From contig OX597833.1 in NCBI GenBank assembly GCA_951406725.2, positions 36,952,001 through 37,016,000 of the forward strand: 64,000 nt of DNA. Direction: 5' to 3'. Position numbers and translations under genes: made by a program. Source of the DNA: Octopus vulgaris (taxonomy: Eukaryota). Below are positions 14,370-28,050 of the stretch, one piece after another. Each line of letters starts with the position of its first letter. The first letter of the stretch is position 1. The notes under the pieces are model-generated. The model saw nothing but the letters and a program-made list of their open reading frames with translations. It made no database searches and was not told the origin of the DNA.

Positions 14370-14690
14370 ATAAACTTAGACAAACTTAGATAAACTTAGA
14401 TATGTTTCGACCAAAGATTGGTCCAGGCCATGTCTAACTTAATAGCACCACCTGATAGGATTATTCGAATCCTGTTTAAGGCAAGTTTTGCTTAAGTCGA
14501 GTTTTGTTCAAGTAGTGAGTTCTTGTTGGGTGAGTTGTATCCAATTATGGGTGGCTTATCTGGTATTCTTTGAAGGAATCTATCCAGGCTCCGTTTAAAG
14601 TTGATGGGATCCTTTTCCTCTTTGATCTCCCTCGGGACAATGTTAAATAGGGCAGGGCCTGTTGAGGAAAAGAAATTATGTTGCAGTGTA
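14370..14690 (-). mobile_element. 3' end of a CR1/L2-group LINE (5'-truncated)
   Basis: ORF end FSSTGPALFNIVPREIK...FKRSLDRFLQRIPDKP...NSLLE is typical of the CR1-group C-terminus, followed by a 3' UTR and a short (tctaagttt)n tail. Confidence 0.75.
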
Positions 14691-15088
14691 CATGTAATAT
14701 ACAAAACAGTATACAAAATTTTTTGTGAATTTAATATATTTTATAATTGGGATGACTGTGAGATCCTCTTGGTATAGTAAATTGATTTTAAGCAGTAAGT
14801 ATCTTTACTTCTGATGGATCCCCAACTCAACTGAAGGCAACACACAGCTGATCATGTGTGAACATGTTAGTATTAATACAAAGGAAGTAACTCATCAAAA
14901 TGAAAAAGAGAAAAAGCGTATCTTTATTCATAAGTTTACTTAAGAAAAACTTAAAGAGTGGGAGGTCATAATTTTCTTTCAATTTTGTAATAAACTTATT
15001 CTTTTAAAAGGATTTTAAAAATAATTTTCGAAAGTGACAGCTTAATGCCACATACATACATACATACATACATACATACATACATACA

Positions 15089-15122
<34 letters not shown>

Positions 15123-15525
15123 CATACGTACATACATACATACATACATACATACATACATACATACATACATACATACATACAAAAATACCATCTTGTT
15201 GATGTTGAAATTCCAATGAAAACTGGACAATGACATGCATACAGACAGACAGAGAGACAGACAGAGACAGACAGACAAACAGAGTGAGAAAGAGAGAGTG
15301 GTAGAGCGCTGTCACTGCGTCGCTTACTTCACTTTGTGAAATTTACACCTTCATTCATGACAAATTTTTCAATAGTAAAATGTACTCTAAAATTGCTTCA
15401 AGAAAATGATAATTTAACTGTTTTTCTGTAATGATTGAATGGAGTTAAAATGAAGTGGAGAGTGCTTCTGAAATGTCTAGATTACTTGTGTATTGAGTGA
15501 AAGATTGAGGAGGTAAAAACAATGG

Positions 15526-15602
<77 letters not shown>

Positions 15603-15688
15603 GGATGGATGGATGGATGGATGGATGGATGGATGGATGGATGGATGGATGGATGGATGGATGGATGGATGGATGGATGGGTGGATGG
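15526..15688. repeat. (GATA)n-(GGAT)n compound microsatellite
   Basis: Direct read. Confidence 0.97.
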
Positions 15689-16146
15689 TGAGAGAGAAGG
15701 AGGAAGAGATAGTGAGAGTATAACTTACGAAAACATTCATCAGAGAAAAGCAAAAATTTATTCGTAGGTTTTCTTAAGAGAAATTTAATGAACGGATATT
15801 CATAAATTTCTTTCCATTATGTAATATACTCACATATATTAAAAGATGAATTCTTTTTTCTATTTTCGAAACTGGTAGCTTAATGACATTAACGAACTTG
15901 CTGAAAAATACATATGTCTGTGTCTATGTACATACATACCGAGGGAAAGGTGTAAATCAAACCGGAATTTATGTAACAGACAGATTTCACAAAAATATAA
16001 TTCTATTGATTTGTTGTTTGGTGGCTAACGATAGAGCATGTATTGATAAGGGATTCAATACTGAATGCAGAGTAAAATTTATTGTAAATATTGACTGGAA
16101 TTTTAAGTCTTGCCTGATAATTCATCCAGCTACAGTACACATACAT

Positions 16147-16225
<79 letters not shown>

Positions 16226-16231
16226 CATACA

Positions 16232-16267
<36 letters not shown>

Positions 16268-16866
16268 TATATTATATAATTTATATTTTATATTGCAGGT
16301 TTTCAGACGAAACTCATAAAGGAACAAATCAAAGTTATGGAGAAAAATCCACCCACTTACTCCCAACCCCAAAAGACATGTCGAATAGACTCATATACAA
16401 TAGAAAATTATAAAAATAATAATAGGAAATGGGAATATGATTCGAAGGAGTTGAACGAAAATAAAGCTATGATGAACGATAATAATTTTAGAGAAATATT
16501 AAGGTAAGAAAATGTATTATTTAAAAAAAATTTTGTCAAGTATTTCAAGACTTTCTCTGAAATTATATGGGCGTATCATATCCCTCTAGAGAGATTATAC
16601 CGTTTGTATTCTCAATGTCTGCAATAAACCATCTGGTGATATACGTTGAATCTATAACACCAGATGATTTATCCTGGATGGTGTGCATGGTCATGACGTC
16701 TAAATCTTTTGGTTGTTAGATTTGCATGTTTTGAGTATGCATTATGATTCTAGAATTGTTTTAAGGGAAATTTGGAAACATAATAACATGTATTAATTAA
16801 TGAAATCTATTCCATTGCCTTCCCTAATTTAAAAGTTTTCTCTAAGTTTTGTTTTTGATTAATCTA

Positions 16867-18140
16867 TCAGGTCATTCCATAAGTTCTGTCCGAATTTTCA
16901 ATAAAGAAATCAAGTGGTCAAATGTTATATTTAATTGAAATTTAATCCTCAATATATTCTTCCTGATTATCTATGACTTCCTTCCATCTATTTACAAGCT
17001 TTTTAATCCCATCAATGTAAAACTGTTTTAGTTTCAAAGCGAAGAACTCTGAAATGTTAGTTTCGACCTCCTCCTGGCTTGCGAAAGTTATGTCCACCAA
17101 ATGATTCTGTAAACTACGAAACAAATGGTAGGAGCAAAGTCGGGAAAATAAGGTGGATGAGGAATTTTTTTCCAGCCAAGCTCTTCGATCTTCTGTAATG
17201 TGATCTTTGCAGTGTGGGGTCGCGCATTGTCCTGATGAAACATCACTCCTTTTCGATTCACTTAAGCGGGTCTTTTTTTCTTCAAAGCTTAGTTCAAACA
17301 CTCTAATTGCTGACAGTAGACTTGAGCATTGATTGGTGCATTAGGTGGTGACAATTCAAGGTGAATTACTCCTTTGCAATTCCACCAGATAGAGAGAAGA
17401 ACTTTTTTCTCATAAAGTTCCCTTCTCTGTTGTGGTTGAACTTTTTCCCTTTTATCAAGCCACTATTTACGACGTTTAACATTTCGATAGAAGATCCATT
17501 TTTCGTCACCAGTCACAAGGCTAGCCAAAAAGTATGAAATGAGTTCGCGAGAATGGAGAGAAGAGCAGATGTCAACTCGGGATTTGCGGTTGCTTTCGGG
17601 CAGTTCATGGGGCGCCGATTTTCCAAGTTTAGGTACCTTTCCAAGTTGTTGAAGATTACGATGAACAGCTGTATGGTTTGAACTAAGCTTTATTGCCAAT
17701 TCTTCAACTGATAATGCAGGATTTTCTTCAAGTATTGCCTCAAGGAGCTTATCATCAAACTCAACTGGACGTCCTGTTCGATCTTCATCTTCAAGGCTGA
17801 AATCTCCACTTCTGAATTTTGCAAACCATCTTCTGCAAGTTCTTTCATTCAAGCATTCTTTCCCATAAACTGAGTGCATGTTTCGAGTCGCTTCGACTGC
17901 AGAGTTTCCTTTTTTGTACTCATAAAGTATTATGTGCCTTAAATGCTCTTTGGATACTTCCATGTTAGGAAGGGTTTTAATCAAAGAAATTTTTATTCTA
18001 TTATTCTGTAAAATAATATTTAATTAGCTTAAATGTACACAAATGCATAAAATAATTTTTAATTCCATTAGACATTCCAAAATACTATTAAATTTCATTC
18101 AATTTAAAAAGTAAAGGACAGAACTTATAGGATAACCTGA
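16867..18140 (-). mobile_element. mariner DNA transposon, near full-length (1274 bp), defective
   Basis: 25-bp TIRs tcaggtcattccataagttctgtcc / ggacagaacttataggataacctga (22/25 match); TA on the left, TG on the right. Confidence 0.92.
16942..17963 (-). pseudogene. mariner transposase with stops and frameshifts
   Basis: MEVSKEHLRHIILYEYKKG...RRWFAKFRSGDFSLEDEDRTGRP, PHEL, VTGDEKWI, YHLFRSLQNHL...FYIDGIKKLVNRWKEVIDNQEEY. Confidence 0.92.
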
Positions 18141-18405
18141 TGAATGTCATTGACGTTTATTGCAGGATTCCGATTAACGAATTTCTTTATAACTTATTTA
18201 TGTTTTATTTATTTTTGCTTTGTGAGAATTTATTTATGGAATTATTATGGTATAAAACAGAAATAATTCAATTATAAAGTAAAGAAAAAAACACATCTTG
18301 TTATAACAATGTGTCCTGTGGGTCCAGTAAGCAAACATCCAATCAACTGGGTTCTTTATATCTTTTTAACATCTTGAATACAATCTGTGTGTGATCGCGT
18401 GAGCT

Positions 18406-18474
<69 letters not shown>

Positions 18475-18615
18475 TCCATCATCAGTTGCCCCATGGATAT
18501 CGTTATGGTTCCGACACCAGGGCAGTACCATTCAATCCGGCGGTGTCAACAGCACTAAAATATGTGTTGTTTGGGAACAAACATACGAAACAACCACAAC
18601 TTTCAAATACATTTA

Positions 18616-18690
<75 letters not shown>

Positions 18691-19679
18691 CACATACACA
18701 TATATTTACATATGCACACGTATATATATGTGTGTGTGTGTGTGCGTTTAATACATATATGATATATAAACATATATATAGTACAAATATAATATACATA
18801 CACACATATATTTACACACATAACTATATGCGTGGTATGTGCGTGTGTCTCTATAGATACGTGTTCTCACAAGTATTATGTTTCTGTAAATATATATTAT
18901 ACACAACATCACTAACAATAATGAATAGATAAAACAGAAACAGAGTTGGAATAGAATGAAATAGGAAATATTAATAAAATCGAAATTAAAATTTTTAAGT
19001 AGGAAGATGAAGAACATCAAAAGAATTTACAATTTCAAGGCAGAATAGTAAATGTCAGAAGAAAAAAATTAGAAAGTACGTTATGTAATTTAAAGTGTCT
19101 ACGTGTGTTACTTAGCAAATTTATTGGAGAATATTGAGTGTTCTGTTGTAATTATTGAATGAAGACAACGAAGGGAAATGTGCGTGTAGGGTAGATTCGT
19201 TTACGGAATGTTTATGTATATGTGTGTCTGTGCTTGCGTATCTGTTTGAGTGTGGCTGTAGGTAGGAAATTGGTGACTCAGTGTTCAATAGGCGGTGGTA
19301 AACTGCTTAAGAATCCTTACGATGCAACTGGCCGTCGTATGATGAAGTAAGGTGGCACCACGCATGAATGACTTAAAATGACTCCAAATTTCGTTACCGA
19401 GGATGAATTCTTGCTTTGCACGACGGCAAGAACATTGGTAGATTTTATACACACGCATGCACACACGTGCGCACACGCACGCACACGCACGCACACACAC
19501 ATTCACACACACACTCACACACACACACACACACACACACGTGTGTGTGTATATGTATGTTTGTCTGTCTGTCTGTATGTATGTATGTATGTATGTTTGT
19601 ATGTATGTATGTATGTATGTATGCATGTGTATGCGTGTATTTAGTAAACACACACAAACATATATACTGTTATAAAAAT

Positions 19680-21830
19680 ATCAATGATAGTGACTTCAAT
19701 GTTTTGCCGAGCATGTCGCTTATTCAAACCATTCCAGTCGCAAGAATTCGCAGACAATGTCGAGGAACAACTGAATCGGATTTTTTCAACGTTTGAGGAG
19801 TTACTTGTATCCATATTAGTTGGTGTAATGCATATTTTGTCGTTTTTGTGCAAGATATTTGTGAGAGAACAGTGATACATTTTGAGTTTTCCTGAAGCAA
19901 GTTGTTCTGAATAATCTTTCGGTTTAGAATAAACAAAGTTTCGTTTTGCACAATTGAATTCTCTGACTGAATTTTCATTTGCAATAACAGAAATATCTTC
20001 ACGCACAATGAAATATTTCTACGACCTTTGTCAAGCGCACATGAAGGATCGGATGCCTACCATATGAAGGATCTAATGATTTTTGCAAAATAACGTCAAG
20101 TAATAATGTTATATCATTTCTACTATAAGGTAGTAGTTGAATAAGCTAGCAATATCTCTCTGAATCTGGAGGATTCATGATAGAAGAGCGAAAAAGTGAA
20201 GCGATATGTAGTATGCACTTGCCTTAACGATGCTCAATGTTAGAAAGGTAACCATGAAAACCAACGTTGAACCAATTCACAAGAACTTTTTGTGACTGTA
20301 GATGAAATGAAGTACTTTGTGATTCATCACAGTCGTGAATTGGTACTTGTGCAAACATTTAACTACTCAATAAATGACCGAAACTGCTAAGATAACCTGT
20401 GAATGATTTCGTTCTGTTTTGGACAAATGTCTCGAGATCCATAACACTGCATCAAATCCAAGATGTGACGCTTCTTTTTTTTTGCGCAGAATAGTTATGG
20501 AGACCAGAAACAGTAAAAAGTTCGGTAGATCGGTAGAGTTAGAAGTAAATTAATATGTAATCTGAAAAGTTACGTTAGGCGCAATGGCCCAGTGGTTAGG
20601 GCAGCGGACTCGCGGTTTCGATTCCCAGACCGGGCGTTGTGAGTGTTTATTGAGCGAAAACACCTAAAAGCTCCACGAGGCTCCGGCAGGGATGGTGGTG
20701 ATCCCTGCTGTACTCTTTCACCACAACTTTCTCTCACTCTTACTTCCTGTTTCTGTTGTACCTGTATTTCAAAGGGCCGGCCTTGTCACTCTCTGTGTCA
20801 CGCTGAATATCCCCGAGAACTACGTTAAGGGTACACGTGTCTGTGGAGTGCTCAGCCACTTACACGTTAATTTCACGAGCAGGCTGTTCCGTTGATTCGG
20901 ATCAACCGGAACCCTCGTCGTCGTAACCGACGGAGTGCTTCCATCCAATCTGAAAAGTGGATCAATCGCTCCAGCGAAATTTGGAATAAATCTTGACTAA
21001 TACAGCATAGCACCTGGCATGGAACGTAAGTTACTGAAGTCAGTAGGGTGTGGAGAATTCATTACAGCTGGCAATTGACTGGTTAGATGACATTAGAATT
21101 GACTGCATAAATCAGGCAGAGAATTTGCAAACTACAGAACTGACACATGGCAGTATTGATTTTTGACATTTTGTTTGACCACAGTTTGTACTATTTTCAG
21201 CAAACATTTATCGTGAGCTGGCTCATCAATTGCAGGAACAATTATAACGTTTATGCAAGCAGACCGCACCAGACAATTTACCAGTAATGAAATCGAATCG
21301 ATGGTAGATAGGAATATTGTGCGCGAAACGGATTGTTTAAAAAGCAAGAAATTATGCTGAAGCAGTCCGATCGACATATTGAAAATGGTCAATGATCTAG
21401 ATTCCTCGACTAATAGAATATGAAGAAATTCCTTTCGGATATCGATCTTCCAGAAGTGTGTGGCGTTGTTCAGTTGGTATGTATATTCTCCAGCACTTCA
21501 GTATTACAAAGAGGTTGCAGCGAATGTCCATTTAATATATACGAAAGTCGCCATACACTTGCAAAGTGATACCATCACTCTTCAAGGATGTGAAAATGAG
21601 TTGCCCATTCAACAGACGCTTCTCCCAGTTAAAAGGGAACGAGAACACGTTTGATACGCTAAAATAAACCATAAAGTAAGTCACTACCAACAACAACAAA
21701 ACTTGTGAATCTGCATTTTGTTTAAAATCTGTGAGGGTAAGGAATATGCGTCAATATTTTCGTACAGCCAACAACCTTTATGAGCACAGACATATACCCG
21801 ATGTGATTCACCTTACCAACATTTACTTAT
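19680..21830 (-). pseudogene. Highly decayed Helitron RepHel (Pif1 helicase) coding remnant, interrupted by a SINE
   Basis: Broken-frame motifs in the expected order: DFR.LNG, FRLHINL (rejoined across the SINE TSD), ASHLGFDAV, ANENSVREFN, CLRIL...NIEVTII. Confidence 0.5.
20571..20946 (+). mobile_element. tRNA-derived SINE family C with 12-bp TSD
   Basis: TSD aatctgaaaagt at 20559-20570 and 20947-20958; Pol III A-box tggcccagtgg and B-box-like gtttcgattcc; head shared with 51714, tail shared with 33374. Confidence 0.9.
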
Positions 21831-21852
21831 TTCAACAACAAGAGTCCAGTAG

Positions 21853-22415
21853 TCTATATATATAAAACTGTAGTTGTGTGAGTGTCTGTCTCCTACGATT
21901 TAGATTCCTAACTACTCCCACATTTTGCGGTGCAGTTTAACCAAATTTGGGTATCTTATAGTCGTGATTCATATCGAGCCCGTCTGGGTATTAGCGCGCG
22001 TCTACGATGAGTCTACGATTTTAAAAATAATTTAACATAATTTTTTTTCATTTTAACGCATATTTTTTCGTGTGTCGATGGCGGCGGAGTTGGCGTCCAT
22101 GGTCACACCTGCACCTGTGTTGCTTCTCCCCCTTCTTCCCTCCCTCGTGAAGCTGTGGGGAAGGGAGTGTAAGGAAATCAACGTCGTAAAGCGTTGTCAA
22201 GGAGACCAGCGTTCTTTTAGAACAACGACTTCATGGCTTGAAGACACCAAAACAGAAAATGTCTACGATGAGTCAACGATTTAAAAAAAAAATTACCATA
22301 ATTTTTTTTCCATTTTTAATGCATTTTCTTTGCTATTTTTTGGCTATAACTCTCTAAAAATGCTTTTATAGTTATTTCCCTTACAAACCCGAGCAACGCC
22401 GGGCGATACTGCTAG
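21853..22415 (+). mobile_element. Non-autonomous Helitron
   Basis: 5' TCTATATATATAAAA, 3' hairpin cccgagcaacgccggg (22388-22403) 8 nt before the terminal CTAG|T, no TSD; internal ~60-bp direct repeats at 22000 and 22261. Confidence 0.85.
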
Positions 22416-22723
22416 TTTTTTATAAATTAAAATTTTTTTTATCTTATTTAAAATATGACTCTACGATCTATCAAGCTATGTTTTGATTCTCGATAATTAA
22501 AATACTTTTGTGAAAAATATTAATCGACCAACCGTGGAATTGTTCTGAAACCTATAACGATTCATTCATTTGAGATGTGAGACATCACTGACAAATTCTA
22601 TTATAGCATGTTGATCCGGAAATTTTCAAGCCGATGCGAAAACTTCAATTAAACAAAACAAAACTTCTCTTTATACGAAATCGAACGATTATTCAGAAAC
22701 GTTTGTGGGGGGAGGGAGCGTGC

Positions 22724-22884
22724 AGGCGTTGTGGTTGTCTAATAAGAAACTTACTTCTCAACCACATGGTTCCGAGTACATTCCCAGTGTGGCAACTTGG
22801 GCAAGTGTCTTCTACTATAGTCTCGATCCAACCAAAACATTGTGAGTGGATTTGGTAGATGGAAACTGAAAGAATCCTGTCGTG

Positions 22885-22936
<52 letters not shown>

Positions 22937-23187
22937 TGTATGTATGTATGTATGTATGTATGTATGTGTGTGTGTGTGTGTGTGTGAGTCCCCTTCCCTC
23001 ACTGCTTGACAATTGCTGTTGGTGTGTTTATGTCTCCGTAGCTTAGCGGTTCGGTGAAAACGGCCGATAGAATAAGTACCAGGCTTAAAATAAAAAATAA
23101 AAATAAGTAATGGGGTTCAATCCACACCCACATGACTATAAACTCTTCAGGGCGATGCCCCAGTATGGCCGCAGTCCAACGAGTGAA

Positions 23188-23190
<3 letters not shown>
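22724..23190 (+). mobile_element. SINE family A copy with internal microsatellite
   Basis: accacatggttcc, cttgggcaagtgtcttctactatag, gtgagtggatttggtaga, cttagcggttcgg. Confidence 0.85.
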
Positions 23191-23258
<68 letters not shown>

Positions 23259-23288
23259 TGTGTGTGTGCGTACATATCTGCATGAATG

Positions 23289-23368
23289 GCAAGTGTCTTC
23301 CGCTATTGCCTCAGGCTAACCAAAGCCCTGTGAGTGGAACTGATAGACGCAAACTGAAAGAAACCCGT

Positions 23369-23422
<54 letters not shown>

Positions 23423-23592
23423 CGGGGTTGTCTTTATATCTGTAAGTAACCGATAGAATAAGTAACCGATAGAATAAATAGCAGGCTTTAAAAAAAATTA
23501 AGTGCTAGGGTCGATTCATTCATTCGACTAGAAAGGTTTTTCAAGGTGTTGCCCCAGCACGGCCGCACACTAATGACCGAAATAGAGAAAAG
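23289..23592 (+). mobile_element. SINE family A partial copy
   Basis: gcaagtgtcttc, ccaaagcc, accgatagaataagta, gccccagcacggccgca. Confidence 0.7.
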
Positions 23593-24559
23593 TATAGATA
23601 GATTATTTCTAAAATCTCTATATTCCTATTTGCAGAGTATTATCTTTCTAACTATAGTTTAAAAGAATTTACTCAACTTTTTTCTGTCCTATCTGGGTAG
23701 AATTTCATTGAATTTAAACGAATTAACAATTTTAAGTTTGGAAAAGAATAAGCATTCGTTTTTTTTTTAAGATAAATCAGTTTTTGTTACCTGAAGTAGA
23801 GCACAGTTTACATTCTTTGTTATTTCCAGTATAAGAAGTGACAGATGGTATGACATCCCTGTGTATTTTGCATCAAGTATTCGGAAAGTTAGGATTAGAT
23901 ATGTACTTAGCAAGTCTAGTGGAATTAAGTAATGTTTATTCCTGAAGCGCAGGCATGACTTGATGGATGAAATAAAAATGATTTCTGTGTAAGCATTTGT
24001 GGTTGTCATCAGCTCTCGTATATGAAATAAATCTAAACTTTTTATGTTACTATTTTTATCATACTATTTGTGTTGGATAGTGGTTGTCATTATTTCCTGT
24101 TCAGTTTTAGATGGAAAATCTTTATAAAGTATTTTTTCCCGCAATTGTACATTTTCTTTCTTATTTTGCAAATGTGTATTATTTTGAGCTTCTCATTCTC
24201 AGATACCTAAACTTTAGTTACATGGAGCATTTCTCACAGATGGATCCTTGATTGTTAAACACCCAAGAAAATACTGAAACAACTGGTCCGAACGTAATAA
24301 ATTTAATACAATATTTTATTTCAAAAAATTAATAATATTTTAAAATTTAAAACTCAAAATAATAGGTCTTAATAAAGGATATTGAGAAATACTTTAAAAT
24401 ATAAAGAACTTCTTTAGAAGAAGAATTACGAAGATTTATCACTCGCGAAAAAACGAAATAGGATTTAAACGTCTGATGATCAAGAATAAACACGTAGAGG
24501 AATATATAAAGTGTCTGAAAAAAAATCAGCACACTCAAACATTCCAGCAAATCGCATAA

Positions 24560-25260
24560 AATAAAAAAGGAAGTGAGATTCCTCTGTAGTAATTTAAAGA
24601 AGCTGACAAGGACGTTTAGCGTAATTGTGTTTTCCTATATTTTGTTGATGTCTTGTAGACATCTGATTACTATTATTGTCACACTTTTTTTCTTGATATC
24701 AGATATTATGTTTGGTGCGCTGTGCCTCCATTCCACAGAGGTCTTATGGAAAACACTTTATCAGTTTTCTTTTGTAATTCGAATGTGACCTTTACATTAT
24801 TTTAACTTCTTACATTATAATTTTCAGAGTTATCCTTTCTATAGTTTGCATTGTATAGTGTTTTGGCCACGTAATCATGCTTCATAGGTAGATGGTACTT
24901 TCGGACATGTGCTTGTGATGTGACTTGCATTTTCTGTTAATTTCTTTGTTGGCATCACTTGTCTCGTGTATGTGACTTACCTGTCTCTTTTGTCCATCAG
25001 GCATTTTGTTATTTCTTGTTGCTACATTGCAAGTGCACTCCTCAAAGTAACAGCCAGCATTGAGTGTTGGTCTGAATACATTTTAGTTATTTATATTACT
25101 GTCAATGAATGCATTTTGCAATACGATCATGCATCACATTCTGCTGAGAAGCAGAATGCTTTTCATCTCATGTTGTTTTTGTTGCTTAACTAACAACACA
25201 ATCAAAGGCATTCAAGGTGAGATTATCTCCTCTTTCTGCCATATGCAAGGAAGCCAGGAT
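24560..25260 (-). pseudogene. Decayed R4/Dong-like (RLE) non-LTR retrotransposon C-terminal fragment
   Basis: Broken frames give QQEITKCLMDKRDR, ENASHITSTCPK and LPMKHDYVAKTLYNA (HI.S.C...RHD.V motif); may extend to ~24100. Confidence 0.65.
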
Positions 25261-25833
25261 CATACTATGTGACATATTTTCTTCTTTAAACGGCAGGGTG
25301 AGATTTGAGTGAGATTCAGCTGTTCTTTCTTTTGAATTGGAAGTACAATCAACAGTTTCTATTCAGGTACAAACCTACACAGTTTCAGTCTATTAAATTT
25401 CACTCGCAATGAGTCAACTGGAAGTTATAGAAAACGACATCTGCCCAGGTTGCTATGAAGTGGGATCGCACCAGAACTTTGAGGTTGCGAAGCGAACTTC
25501 TTAGCTACTCCAACACATTTCTCTCTCTCTCTCTCTCTATCTCTATCTCCCTCTCCCTCTCTCTCTTTCCCTCTCTCTCTTTTTCTCTTTCTTTCTTTCT
25601 GTGCATCTTGAAAGTATATATATATATATATATATATATGCATGTATGTGTAATATATATTTACATATATATACATAAATGTCTGTATGTGTATGTGTTG
25701 TTTGTGTGTGTGTGTGTATGTGTGTAAATATACACACACGTGTATATATCTTATATATACATACACACGCACACATTACATATATTATAAATATGTATGT
25801 ATGTATGAGTGTGTGTGTGTGTATGTCTGTGTG

Positions 25834-25909
<76 letters not shown>

Positions 25910-26063
25910 TTCCCGTAACGAAAAATATGTCGACAAACGTGTACAAAACCCTGCAACTTCATGCATTATATATTTTTTTCAAAATTTTGTGTTTTTCGTA
26001 AAATAGTAGCTCCGTTTTTGTTATTGAGAACCCCTCTCGGTCGAAATTCTGGCTACGCCCATG
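25910..26063. mobile_element. One end of a hAT-like MITE
   Basis: Terminal motif ctggctacgcccatg resembles hAT MITE TIRs; the partner end was not found. Confidence 0.35.
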
Positions 26064-26239
26064 TATATATGTATGTATAATGTGTTGTATAAATAAATAC
26101 TTTACAGTTGTACAAATATCCAGATATTGAAACATTTGTACTAGTTATTCTACCCCTTTTTGTATTGAATCCTTTTTAAGTTGTAATCTTCTTGGCATGA
26201 ACTACTTACTACTTCACACTCTTTCTTGCTGCTGTGTCT

Positions 26240-27850
26240 TACCAAATGAAAAGTACGAAACAGTATCGATCATCACAAACTCAAATGCTGGCAATACTTG
26301 GGCACAATACTAGTGCATGTAGGATGGTTTAGTCACCCAATACGCATGTCAGACAGGTTCGGCTCCTAGCATTTCCGTATTTATATACTTTGTCCTGCAT
26401 AGCCTGAGTCCCTGACAGTCTCCCAGAATAGACTGCTTCGACAAATTTTGTCGAAGCCCAGAATCACTCCCTCCAAGTAATTTATGTTGCTAACGTCTAT
26501 TAATCCTCTGTTGAATGCATGGTTTACCTGGCTGTCACTGCGAATTACACTATGAGTCAGGCAATATTACAGGCATCAAATGCTCAACCACGACCTAGGA
26601 GTGCGGGTTGGTTAACGATACCAACTACAGAAAGATATATGCATGAACTACGATCACATCAGTTCGCCTTGTTCGTTGTTGTAGTTGCTCAGTAACTTTT
26701 GAAGGTGAGTCACCCTTAGCATGTGCCAAAACATACAGAAGAAAGGGTTGAGGGTATCCTTGTCGGGCTGAGTGCGCGTGAATGGTCATTTAGTTTGATG
26801 ACTGGACATATGTTGTACAATCTTATTAACTGGTACCAAACAGGGTTCTCTTAGCATGGCCTCCACGTAGCGATGGTCGATCTTTGTAAGCTTTCACTGA
26901 TCTCAGTTAATGGGCATCCCCATCTAAACCAGATTAATTCTCGACTCGTTCTACAATATAGCAAGAGGTAGAGGACATTGTGGACAGATCAGCATGGGGT
27001 TGCAAAAGTTTGAGCGTCTCGGACTATTCGCCAACTTCTTCCCAAACATCTTTGTCAAATTATTCAATTCTGAGTTTAGAGGAGATCATTCCTCAAAACT
27101 TTCACGAGTCCTGGGCTTTATGACTGACAATGTTCTCAGTTTGATGACAGTAGACAGCTACCAAGACAGAAGCGAACGAAGCTGGCAATATAATAAATCT
27201 CTTAGGATAAACCATTTTGTACTGGCAATTTGTCGCTCGCAAATTTCCAGTACAGAATGGTTTATTCTGATAAAATAAAAGACAAAACATTGGCATGTCT
27301 TCATGAACTGGAAGTAAAAACTCACTCCATGGAATGGTGTCACATCTCTTCTCCAAACTCTAAGAGGTTCAAGTGCTAGCAACTGGCACAGAAAGTCAAG
27401 TTGAATAATATTCAAGGGAATAATACTACCGGTTTTTCTGGAACGTTGTTGTACCGTGAACAATGAGCTATACGTTGCTAGACGTGAAACATTAAAAAAA
27501 CTTAGAAAAGCCATTAGAAGGAGGGAAAGAACCATAATCTGAAAGCGATCTACATTCACCATGTCAGTGTGCGAACACACACAACTTCAACAACAAATCA
27601 GGCAATCGGCATACTGACCTGGACATTGGTCCCATGACTATTGTACAGCCCAGATATGATGCCTTCCTGTTCAATCCAATGAAGGGTAGTCTTTGGGTGA
27701 CGATTTGAATCGTGTATAATGGTGCACGCTTAAATTTTTTTGAAAGAGGATTCTTGAGTTGAAAAAGGTCTTATAGAGTTAGATCCAGTGTGGGGTAATA
27801 CATCACCTGAGGTAGAGACTGTGTTGAGGAGGACCACTGTATAGGTAAAG
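26240..27850 (-). pseudogene. Decayed, internally deleted L1/Tx1-clade LINE ORF2 (endonuclease end, RT, CCHC)
   Basis: LNSELNNLTK, YIVERV, DQ*KLTKIDHRYVEAML, RQGYP/LNPFLLYVLA, and zinc knuckle TCLTC...D*TILHALVLCP. Confidence 0.8.
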
Positions 27851-28050
27851 AGTTGCTCTATCAATATGTCTAATTTGGACGACTTATGCTAGCTTTAAAA
27901 AAAATATTCTGCTCACTTTTGCATAGCTTTCATTAGAACCCTTGTTTTCTGTCTCATGAAAATGTAACTTTAAATCAAAATGAATTATATAAAAGAGAAA
28001 TTCATTTACACTGGGAATATACTACAGATTACATTTTAGCTTTGAATAAA

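Noticed and set aside
20577-20630. tRNA gene (also at 47699, 51714 and 52476)
   Set aside because: No complete cloverleaf, and each continues into a repeated SINE body.
24600-24790. KTDKVFSIRPL as a piggyBac motif
   Set aside because: The neighbouring HI.S.C / KHD.V motifs fit an R4/Dong endonuclease region better, and there are no TIRs or TTAA.
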